Notes under the pieces: generated by a model | The model's database searches: none | The model's input: only the letters and a program-made list of their open reading frames with translations | What the model was told of the DNA's origin: nothing | In this document: in pieces, positions 25,717 to 32,000 of the stretch | Position numbering within the stretch: position 1 is the stretch's first letter | How the letters are laid out: each line of letters opens with the position of its first letter | Made by a program: the position numbers and the translations under genes | From: Flavobacteriaceae bacterium | Lineage (GTDB): Bacteria > Bacteroidota > Bacteroidia > Flavobacteriales > Flavobacteriaceae | DNA length: 32,000 nucleotides | Reading direction: 5' to 3' | Assembly (NCBI GenBank): GCA_965224465.1 | Contig: OZ245049.1 | Span: 60,001-92,000 of the forward strand

Positions 25717-26334
25717 TTAATCTATATTTAAGAATAGGTTTTTTTGTTTTTCGACTTCTAAGAGTCCTTTTTCGGTACATAGTCCTCTTAGGTATGCTAC
25801 CATGATTCCTTCGGTGAGTCTTGATTTAGAAAATTGTGCCGATGGAAATATTTTTGTGTTATTGCATAATTTCAGAAGTGTTTGTACCGTAGACATGGTT
25901 ACTTCTGGATCCAAATCCTTGCGAAACAATTCTTCTTTAATCCCCCATTTAGAAAGATAAAGTAATTCTCTAAATGCAAATTTTGCATTTTTTTTAAAAG
26001 AGTCCTTTAAGATACTTGGGTAATATTTTAAGATGTCCTTGTAAAAGGTAGCATTGCTATAATCAGCTCTTTTTAAGACCTGTTGCTGTATCTTTCCCAT
26101 GGCTTCAATAGCGGAACTCGATTTGTTTATGATTTCGTCGTTGTTGCTTCTAATACTTGCCAAATATTGCTCAATACAGGCTTGCATTAAATCTGTTTTG
26201 TCTATAAAATGATTGTAAATAGTTCGTTTTGAGGTGCTCAATTCCTTGGTGATGTCTGCAATAGTGACAGACTTAACGCCGTTTTTTAAGTATAATTGAG
26301 TGGTGACCTCTATGATATATTCCTTTGTAATCAT
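25717..26334 (-). CDS. TetR/AcrR-family transcriptional regulator, 5 nt upstream of pfaA
   Basis: The N-terminal HTH is VKSVTIADITKELSTSKRTIYNHFIDKTDLM. The size (205 aa) and the helical C-terminal domain are typical of TetR proteins. The stop at 25717-25719 lies 5 nt before the pfaA ATG (25711). Confidence 0.8.
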   Translation of the reverse strand: MITKEYIIEVTTQLYLKNGVKSVTIADITKELSTSKRTIYNHFIDKTDLMQACIEQYLASIRSNNDEIINKSSSAIEAMGKIQQQVLKRADYSNATFYKDILKYYPSILKDSFKKNAKFAFRELLYLSKWGIKEELFRKDLDPEVTMSTVQTLLKLCNNTKIFPSAQFSKSRLTEGIMVAYLRGLCTEKGLLEVEKQKNLFLNID

Positions 26335-26357
26335 ATTTATTTACTACTTTTGTTCCA

Positions 26358-26387
26358 GTGGTACTATTTTCGTACCGCCAGTACCGC
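26358..26387. promoter_or_regulatory. Candidate operator in the TetR/pfaE divergent intergenic region
   Basis: GTGGTAC-tattttc-GTACCGC (26358-26378) is an imperfect palindrome with 6 of 7 positions complementary. GTACCGC is repeated directly at 26381-26387. Confidence 0.3.
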
Positions 26388-26452
26388 AAAGAAATGAATT
26401 ATAAATGAAACACCTTGAGTTTTTATCATAAATGTTTCTTAACACCTATTGA

Positions 26453-27097
26453 ATGCATAAAATTTGGCTTCTTGAAATTCAAGAAAACGATCTGGTTTTC
26501 ACAAAAGAATCACTGTTAAATAAACTTCCTAAAGCCCTGCATTCAAGGGCGGATCGCTATTTGAGTACGGCTAGTTCTTTGGCTTATATTGGCGGGAGGT
26601 TGCTGTTAAAAAAAGCCCTGTTAGAAAATGGTTTTCCAAGCTCTTTATTGGAGGAGATCTCCTATTCAAAACAGGGAAAACCGATGATTAATGGATTGAA
26701 TTTTTCGATTTCTCACAGCAATCGGTACGTTTCTTTTTTGTGCAGTACCGCATTTTCTGTTGGAATTGATATCGAAATGAAGAAAAATATTGATTTAAAA
26801 TTATTTGAATATCTATTTACAGTTCAAGAGTGGCAATCAATTGTAAATGCAGAAAATTCTCTAGCTCGTTTTTATTGGTATTGGGTACGTAAAGAAGCGT
26901 TATTGAAAGCTGCGGGCTGTGCTTTGAATGCATTGAAAGAGTTACAGGTATTTGAATCTCATGGTTTTTATAAAGAGAAACGCTATTATTTTAAATCTTT
27001 TGAGTTTGATCCTAATTTTAATGGAATGTTGGCGACAGAGAAAGAGGCGTGTTTTGAAGTAGAGTTGTTAGGTTTTAAGGATTTGTTGATGGAGTAG
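26453..27097 (+). CDS. pfaE: Sfp-type 4'-phosphopantetheinyl transferase (PfaE)
   Basis: The PPTase motifs are GKPMINGLNFSISHS, VGIDIE and WVRKEALLKAAG. The gene is divergent from the TetR-pfaA transcription unit. Confidence 0.85.
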   Translation: MHKIWLLEIQENDLVFTKESLLNKLPKALHSRADRYLSTASSLAYIGGRLLLKKALLENGFPSSLLEEISYSKQGKPMINGLNFSISHSNRYVSFLCSTAFSVGIDIEMKKNIDLKLFEYLFTVQEWQSIVNAENSLARFYWYWVRKEALLKAAGCALNALKELQVFESHGFYKEKRYYFKSFEFDPNFNGMLATEKEACFEVELLGFKDLLME

Positions 27098-27125
27098 GTT
27101 GTTTTCGGGTCTCTTTTTTATTCTT

Positions 27126-27262
27126 TTATGAAGGATTTACACCTATGTATGTTGTAAAAGCTGTATGATTATACGGAGTTATTTTTTACATGATAAAAGT
27201 TAAAACAGCGTAGTATAGCCTTTGTTATGAGGAATTGTTATTTACAGATAGGTTGTGAAAAA
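27126..27262 (+). repeat. 137-bp direct repeat, copy 1
   Basis: Identical to 27338-27474 at 135 of 137 positions. The differences are acatgat versus acacgat and gataggttg versus gatatgttg. Confidence 0.9.
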
Positions 27263-27337
27263 CAAACTATTTATATCGGTTATTTTGGATTGTAATTTAA
27301 TACCAAATACATTTCCAAGTGATGGTTTAGAATTGAA

Positions 27338-27474
27338 TTATGAAGGATTTACACCTATGTATGTTGTAAAAGCTGTATGATTATACGGAGTTATTTTTTA
27401 CACGATAAAAGTTAAAACAGCGTAGTATAGCCTTTGTTATGAGGAATTGTTATTTACAGATATGTTGTGAAAAA
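27338..27474 (+). repeat. 137-bp direct repeat, copy 2
   Basis: See copy 1. The copies are separated by a 75-bp spacer. The pair is bracketed by ggtctctttt (27108-27117) and its reverse complement aaaagagacc (27471-27480). Confidence 0.9.
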
Positions 27475-27588
27475 GAGACCGTTTAATACAACATGAGAAG
27501 GTTGTAATTGGTATTGTGGTTGATCTTTAAAATTGGGCTTCACAGCGTTTTTTTGTAACGTACTTATGTTTGAAATATGAACCTTAGT

Positions 27589-27697
27589 GCATGAGGGATA
27601 GCAATGGCATCCTTTTTTGTATTTTTTTTACAAAAAAGATATAATGGATAGCCCGACCTTTTCTTATTTTTTGGAAATAAGAAATAGGACATGCCCC
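27589..27697. repeat. Intergenic repeat family member Y (related to 11405-11508)
   Basis: Contains gcatgagggatagcaatggc, the all-A/T hairpin ttttttgta-ttttttt-tacaaaaaa (27613-27637), ccgacctttt, a second hairpin ttcttatt...aataagaa, and atgcccc. It lies just downstream of the minus-strand oxidoreductase gene. Confidence 0.5.
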
Positions 27698-27725
27698 GAT
27701 ACAAACAGCTTAGAAGAGCCGTGTT

Positions 27726-29216
27726 TTAGCAAACGGAGTCGCATTGTTTGGAAATTAGTTTTTGATTGATTCTGCTTGCCATTGCTATCGGGTAATTACG
27801 TTGCGTGCAGAGTGTTTCTGCAGTTGTGTGAATGTTGATTTCGCGAATACTTTGTGTAATGGGATTGTGTTTTTTTGGATAATCTGTATTTTTGATATGC
27901 TTCTCTTCTATTAGTTTTTCTAGAATGGCATTGGCTGCCGTTAGGGTAGAAGAGGCTTTTACAATTTCGCAACAGGCGTAATTAGGAATGGAGAACGTAA
28001 CATTTGCTGTTCTTAACTCTGGGTCTTCTCCAGGGATTTGTTGTGCTCCAAATAGGGGGATTCCTCCCAGTTCAGCAGTTATAAAATCGGGTATATATTG
28101 AGCGATATGTTGAATGGATTTTTGAGTTCTATCGCTTATTTCTTCTGCTTCCCAACGATTGTCTAGTTTTGAGATAAATGTGTCTCCTAATTCTGGTTGA
28201 GAACTGTGCTTGCTTGTTGGGATTAATCCGTTTTTAAATAAGGTGATTTCTGGAGTCATTCCATGAATTTGAAAATAGCCTTGAGGGTAAGGTGTGAGTT
28301 GTCCCATTCCGTGTTTACTACCTCTAGTTCCATGAAAAATAATTTCAGGTAAATAGCCTTTAAAAAGGGGCCATTTAGTGATGTAAGCGGCTTTAAATTC
28401 TACCATACGATTCCTTTTTATGGCGAGCATATCATCTATAGTACCTGTTTTAAAACCACAGGCATTTATTATAAACGAAACAGATATTTGATTTTTTACT
28501 CCTTGTTTTTCGTAGTTTATAGTCCAATTTGCATGGGGACTTTTTAGGGGTGTTATCCGATCTACTTTTGCCTTTGTAATAACGGTACAGTGCTTGTTTT
28601 TATCTAAAGAAATACTTGCTGTAGCAGCCAATCTAAAGATGTTTAAACCGTATTCTTGGACCATCAGTAAAGGAAATTTGAGTTGGTCTAATGCTAGTTT
28701 TTTGGCAGCGTATGCCATCCATTCATCTAAGTTTTCTGGAGCATGATTGATGGGGGTACTCGCAAGGTATTCGACTTCTTTTCTGTCGTAATATTTATAG
28801 TAGTTTTCAGCATCTCCTAGGATTTTATTTTTAGGGTCTTCTAGGATTAAGCGTTGGTATTCGGTCTGTAGTTTTTCCAATCGTGGATGTAAATCTTTGG
28901 GATTCCCAGGGTCTATTGTTGGAATTGCAATAAGCGTAGGGCGGTAGTCTACAGCGCTAGGGTAAAGTTGTATCAAATCTATAGATTCCTTGAGTAGTGT
29001 TAAGCATTGGTTGTCACTTATTTCACGGTATAAGTTTCCTCCTGCATGCAGGTGGCAAATAGGAGGGCCGTTTACCAAACTGTCTCCTTTTTCTAATAGC
29101 ACAACCTTTATGCCTAATTCCGATAAACGGATGGCGATGGTTGCTCCTGCAATACCTCCGCCAATAATACCAACCGTATGTTGCTTTGTTGGAAGTGATT
29201 CAAATTTGTTGTTCAT
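27726..29216 (-). CDS. FAD-dependent oxidoreductase (496 aa)
   Basis: The N-terminal dinucleotide-binding fold is HTVGIIGGGIAGATIAIRLSELGIKVVLLEKG (GxGxxG with a terminal acidic residue). ATG start at 29216. The specific subfamily is not recognisable by eye. Confidence 0.7.
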   Translation of the reverse strand: MNNKFESLPTKQHTVGIIGGGIAGATIAIRLSELGIKVVLLEKGDSLVNGPPICHLHAGGNLYREISDNQCLTLLKESIDLIQLYPSAVDYRPTLIAIPTIDPGNPKDLHPRLEKLQTEYQRLILEDPKNKILGDAENYYKYYDRKEVEYLASTPINHAPENLDEWMAYAAKKLALDQLKFPLLMVQEYGLNIFRLAATASISLDKNKHCTVITKAKVDRITPLKSPHANWTINYEKQGVKNQISVSFIINACGFKTGTIDDMLAIKRNRMVEFKAAYITKWPLFKGYLPEIIFHGTRGSKHGMGQLTPYPQGYFQIHGMTPEITLFKNGLIPTSKHSSQPELGDTFISKLDNRWEAEEISDRTQKSIQHIAQYIPDFITAELGGIPLFGAQQIPGEDPELRTANVTFSIPNYACCEIVKASSTLTAANAILEKLIEEKHIKNTDYPKKHNPITQSIREINIHTTAETLCTQRNYPIAMASRINQKLISKQCDSVC

Positions 29217-29354
29217 GCAAGACTAATTTGGAATGTAAAAAGGATATGAATTAATGATACTTTTTTATAAGTGCAAAAATAGTCATTTTTTTTGTTAATT
29301 TTGATGCATTATTCATGGCTCTTTTTTAAGAGTTTAAACAGCATTAGTCAAGCA

Positions 29355-30080
29355 ATGAGAACATTTGTAATTGGAGACATTCACGGTGCCTATAAAGCCT
29401 TGGTTCAACTTATAGAAAGAATGGACTTAGAAAAAGGAGATACGCTTATATTTTTGGGGGATTATGTAGATGGATGGAGTGAGTCTCCACAGGTAATAGA
29501 TTATTTATTGGAGTTGAAATTAGGGTATACTTGTAAGTTTATAAGAGGAAATCACGACGTGAAGTGTTATGAGTGGTTACAAAACAATCGTGTAATTGGG
29601 GATTGGTTGCTGCATGGAGGTGGGGCGACTCAAGCTGCTTATGCGAAAGAATCTCAAGAAAAAATAGCCCTTCATTTAGCATTTATAGAGGCATTGGAAG
29701 ATTATTATATAGATGCAAGGAACCGTCTATTTGTGCATGCTGGATTCACAGCGATTAAAGGGGTAGAAATGGAGACATACCTACCCAATTATTGTTGGGA
29801 TCGTACCTTGTGGGAAACTGCGTATGCTCTTGATCCAAGTTTAGCTATGACCGATAAAAGATACCCGCAACGATTGAAATTGTATCATGAAATTTACATT
29901 GGACATACCGCAACCACGCGTTATGGTGAAATTACACCTATTCAAGGAGGGAATCTTTGGAATATTGATACAGGAGCCGCTTTTTCTGGGAAATTAACAG
30001 CCATGGATATTGATAGCAAAGAGGTATTTCAAAGTGATTTAGTTATGGACTTGTATCCAGGGGAGTCTGGAAGGAATTAG
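29355..30080 (+). CDS. Metallophosphoesterase (calcineurin-like/PPP-family phosphatase, 241 aa)
   Basis: The motifs are MRTFVIGDIHG (DxH), FLGDYVDGW (GDxxD), IRGNHD (GNHD/E), VHAGF and IGHTA. The ORF-track start at 29292 is a TTG that adds a hydrophobic extension, so I prefer the ATG at 29355. Confidence 0.8.
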   Translation: MRTFVIGDIHGAYKALVQLIERMDLEKGDTLIFLGDYVDGWSESPQVIDYLLELKLGYTCKFIRGNHDVKCYEWLQNNRVIGDWLLHGGGATQAAYAKESQEKIALHLAFIEALEDYYIDARNRLFVHAGFTAIKGVEMETYLPNYCWDRTLWETAYALDPSLAMTDKRYPQRLKLYHEIYIGHTATTRYGEITPIQGGNLWNIDTGAAFSGKLTAMDIDSKEVFQSDLVMDLYPGESGRN

Positions 30081-30434
30081 AAACAAGGCGTATTTTAGAT
30101 GCATCAAAGCGCTAGTTTACAATTCAAAATAACCAATACAAATAGTTTGTTTTACGTTCTAGCGTTGTTAAAAAATAGAACGATAACTATCCATCCATCG
30201 ATCCATTTTTCGACTCGCTTAAAAAAATAGTTCCATTTCTAAACCGTCACTTGAAAATGTATTGGTATAAGTATGAATGGCATGATGCTATTTTGATTAT
30301 TGATCATAGAGATATTTTTTATGGTTTTTCTTGGAATCTGCGATTTTCACGTATAGATTCTGTATATTTATAACATATTAGAAGGTTTCTGTTAATTATC
30401 GATAAAAAAAATAAAAAAAATCAAATATGATTTG

Positions 30435-30463
30435 TTTGTTAAAAATAAATTCACATATATTTG
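30435..30463 (+). promoter_or_regulatory. Candidate Bacteroidetes-type promoter of the his leader/operon
   Basis: TTTG (30435-30438), 17 nt, then TATATTTG (30456-30463), approximating the -33 TTTG / -7 TAnnTTTG consensus. It lies 19 nt upstream of the leader ATG. Confidence 0.4.
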
Positions 30464-30481
30464 TTTTATAATTAAATAAAA

Positions 30482-30541
30482 ATGTACACATTAATACATC
30501 ATATGCATCGCTTTTTTTCTGATCCTCATCAGGTGAGCTAG
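30482..30541 (+). CDS. Candidate his operon leader peptide (19 aa, MYTLIHHMHRFFSDPHQVS)
   Basis: A short ATG ORF with 4 His codons (three within HHMH), placed between the candidate promoter and a strong terminator that directly precedes hisG. Confidence 0.35.
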   Translation: MYTLIHHMHRFFSDPHQVS

Positions 30542-30575
30542 GTATGTAGTGAATTAAACACAAATAATATATACA

Positions 30576-30611
30576 AGTCCTTCCTGATATTTCAGGAGGG
30601 ACTTTTTTTTT
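30576..30611 (+). terminator. Intrinsic terminator 15 nt upstream of the hisG start (candidate attenuator)
   Basis: agtccttcctga (30576-30587), loop tatt, tcaggagggact (30592-30603). This gives a 12-bp stem with one G-U pair. Nine T residues follow (30603-30611). Confidence 0.7.
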
Positions 30612-30626
30612 ATACCAATTACAAAA

Positions 30627-31484
30627 ATGGAAAAATTAAGAATTGCAGTACAAAAATCGGGTCGATTGAATGAAGATTCGTTAAAATTATTAAAGGATTG
30701 TGGAATTTCTGTTGATAATGGAAAAGACCAATTAAAAGCCTCTACCCGTAATTTCCCTATGGAAGTATTCTATTTAAGAAATGGAGATATTCCTCAGTAT
30801 TTAAGAGATAATGTTGTGGATATTGCCATTATAGGAGAAAATGTATTGATAGAAAAAGGCGAGGATATTGCGATTGTCGAAAAGTTAGGATTTTCAAAGT
30901 GTAGAGTGAGTTTGGCAATTCCTAAAGGAGATACTTATACATCTATCAAGGATTTAGAAGGGAAACGGATTGCAACATCGTATCCAAATACCGTGAAGAA
31001 GTATTTGGCAGAAAAAGGAGTGAAAGCGGACTTACATGTGATCAGTGGTTCTGTAGAAATCGCACCAAATATAGGTTTGGCAGATGCCATTTGTGATATT
31101 GTTTCTAGTGGTAGTACCTTGTTTAAAAACAATTTGAAAGAGGTTGAAAAAATGCTAGTAAGTGAGGCTGTATTGGCAGTTTCAAAAAATATTTCTTCTG
31201 AAAAACAGGAGCTATTAGATACGCTACAGTTCCGAATAAAATCGGTATTGAAAGGAAGGAAAAGTAAGTATATATTGATGAACGCACCGAATTCAAAGGT
31301 CGAAAATATTATCAAACTTTTACCTGGAATGCGAAGTCCTACAGTATTGCCTTTGGCAGAAGAGGGTTGGAGTTCTATTCATACAGTCATAGAAAAAGAT
31401 ACATTTTGGGATGTTATTGATGCATTAAAAAAAGAAGGAGCAGAGGGTATTTTAGTCGCTCCTATCGAAAAAATGGTATTATAA
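30627..31484 (+). CDS. hisG: ATP phosphoribosyltransferase, long form (HisG, 285 aa)
   Basis: MEKLRIAVQKSGRLNEDSLKLLKDCGI...RVSLAIPKG...RIATSYPN...DAICDIVSSGSTL is typical HisG. The C-terminal ~80 aa regulatory domain is present. hisD follows 9 nt later. Confidence 0.9.
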   Translation: MEKLRIAVQKSGRLNEDSLKLLKDCGISVDNGKDQLKASTRNFPMEVFYLRNGDIPQYLRDNVVDIAIIGENVLIEKGEDIAIVEKLGFSKCRVSLAIPKGDTYTSIKDLEGKRIATSYPNTVKKYLAEKGVKADLHVISGSVEIAPNIGLADAICDIVSSGSTLFKNNLKEVEKMLVSEAVLAVSKNISSEKQELLDTLQFRIKSVLKGRKSKYILMNAPNSKVENIIKLLPGMRSPTVLPLAEEGWSSIHTVIEKDTFWDVIDALKKEGAEGILVAPIEKMVL

Positions 31485-31493
31485 AAGAGCATT

Positions 31494-32000
31494 ATGGAAA
31501 TTATAAAATATCCAAATAGAGGAGATTGGGAATTAATGTTAAAGCGTGCTACACAATCCGTTTCAGAGATTGAAGATGTGGTAGTTGATGTGTTTGATAA
31601 TATTAAAACCAGAAAAGATGCAGCTGTTTTTGCGTACACTAAAAAGTTTGACAATGTTTTGTTGGATTCTATGCTGGTGACAGAAAAAGAGTTTGAGAAT
31701 AGTATCTATTCGGTCGATTTGGAATTGAAAGAGGCTATTAAATTGGCAAAATCCAATATAGAAAAATTTCACAGAGCTCAAGAATTCGATGCGAAGCGTA
31801 TCACTACTTCAACAGGTGTGGTTTGTTGGCAAGAAACAAGACCTATTACGGATGTAGGTTTGTATATACCAGGAGGGTCGGCACCGTTATTTTCAACAGT
31901 GTTAATGTTAGTTTGTCCTGCTAAAATTGCGGGGTGTAAAAACATTGTATTGTGTACGCCTCCCGATGAAAATGGTGATATACACCCCGCTATTTTATAT
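31494..32000 (+). CDS. hisD: Histidinol dehydrogenase (HisD), N-terminal 169 aa; continues beyond the window
   Basis: ATG at 31494, and the frame is open to the window end. MEIIKYPNRGDW...FDAKRITTSTGVVCWQETRPITDVGLYIPGGSAPLFSTVLMLVCPAKIAGCKNIVLCTPP matches the conserved HisD N-terminal half. It is absent from the ORF track because there is no stop within the window. Confidence 0.85.
   Translation, partial: MEIIKYPNRGDWELMLKRATQSVSEIEDVVVDVFDNIKTRKDAAVFAYTKKFDNVLLDSMLVTEKEFENSIYSVDLELKEAIKLAKSNIEKFHRAQEFDAKRITTSTGVVCWQETRPITDVGLYIPGGSAPLFSTVLMLVCPAKIAGCKNIVLCTPPDENGDIHPAILY

Noticed and set aside
25712-25780. N-terminal extension of the pfaA ORF (MYRKRTLRSRKTKKPILKYRLTY) overlapping the TetR gene
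   Set aside because: The extension overlaps the 3' end of the TetR CDS and is non-homologous basic sequence. The conserved KS N-terminus (..KKTPVAIIGMS) follows the ATG at 25711.
2374-31781. Other short ORFs in the track: 2374-2568, 3312-3512, 5348-5650, 6633-6833, 7358-7543, 9180-9395, 9461-9694, 9955-10194, 28990-29226, 29573-29758, 30935-31315, 31379-31654, 31563-31781
   Set aside because: Each lies antisense to, or out of frame within, a well-supported CDS, or spans a promoter or terminator region (6633-6833, 9461-9694). Their sequences are low-complexity, so there is no independent support.
1-32000. Looked for tRNA, rRNA and CRISPR arrays
   Set aside because: No cloverleaf-like T-arm/anticodon arrangement, rRNA-like conserved blocks or short regularly spaced repeat-spacer arrays were seen by eye. 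A tRNAscan/Infernal run would be needed for certainty.

Overview
AT-rich chromosome segment that looks Bacteroidetes/Flavobacteriia-like. This is an inference from TAnnTTTG-type promoter boxes, the lack of Shine-Dalgarno sequences and the gene content. It has three parts. (i) 1-9530 is a very AT-rich accessory island full of mobile-element debris. It holds the end of an IS66-family element, one IS30-family copy, three ~340-bp copies of a hairpin-ended element carrying a decayed Y1/RayT-like transposase stub, and two MITE-like elements, one with a nested insertion. It also holds an ABC/SMC-type ATPase gene truncated by the IS30 copy, with a 224-aa neighbour ORF. Finally it holds an intact, self-contained two-gene operon in which a BacNav-type voltage-gated cation channel gene overlaps a 617-aa ORF whose C-terminus is an Mrr-like PD-(D/E)xK nuclease domain. 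That operon is my top candidate for an undescribed, possibly defence-like, system. (ii) 9552-27097 is a complete pfa-type polyunsaturated fatty acid (PUFA) synthase cluster on the minus strand. It comprises a TetR regulator, a pfaA split at an A10 run into KS-MAT-5xACP and KR-DH ORFs, a KS-CLF-AT-DH-DH protein and the pfaD enoyl reductase, plus a divergent pfaE phosphopantetheinyl transferase. (iii) 27.1-32 kb holds a near-perfect 137-bp duplicated intergenic repeat, an FAD oxidoreductase, a metallophosphoesterase and the start of a his operon (candidate leader peptide plus terminator, hisG, 5' part of hisD). All family assignments rest on motifs read by eye from the translations. No database search was possible.
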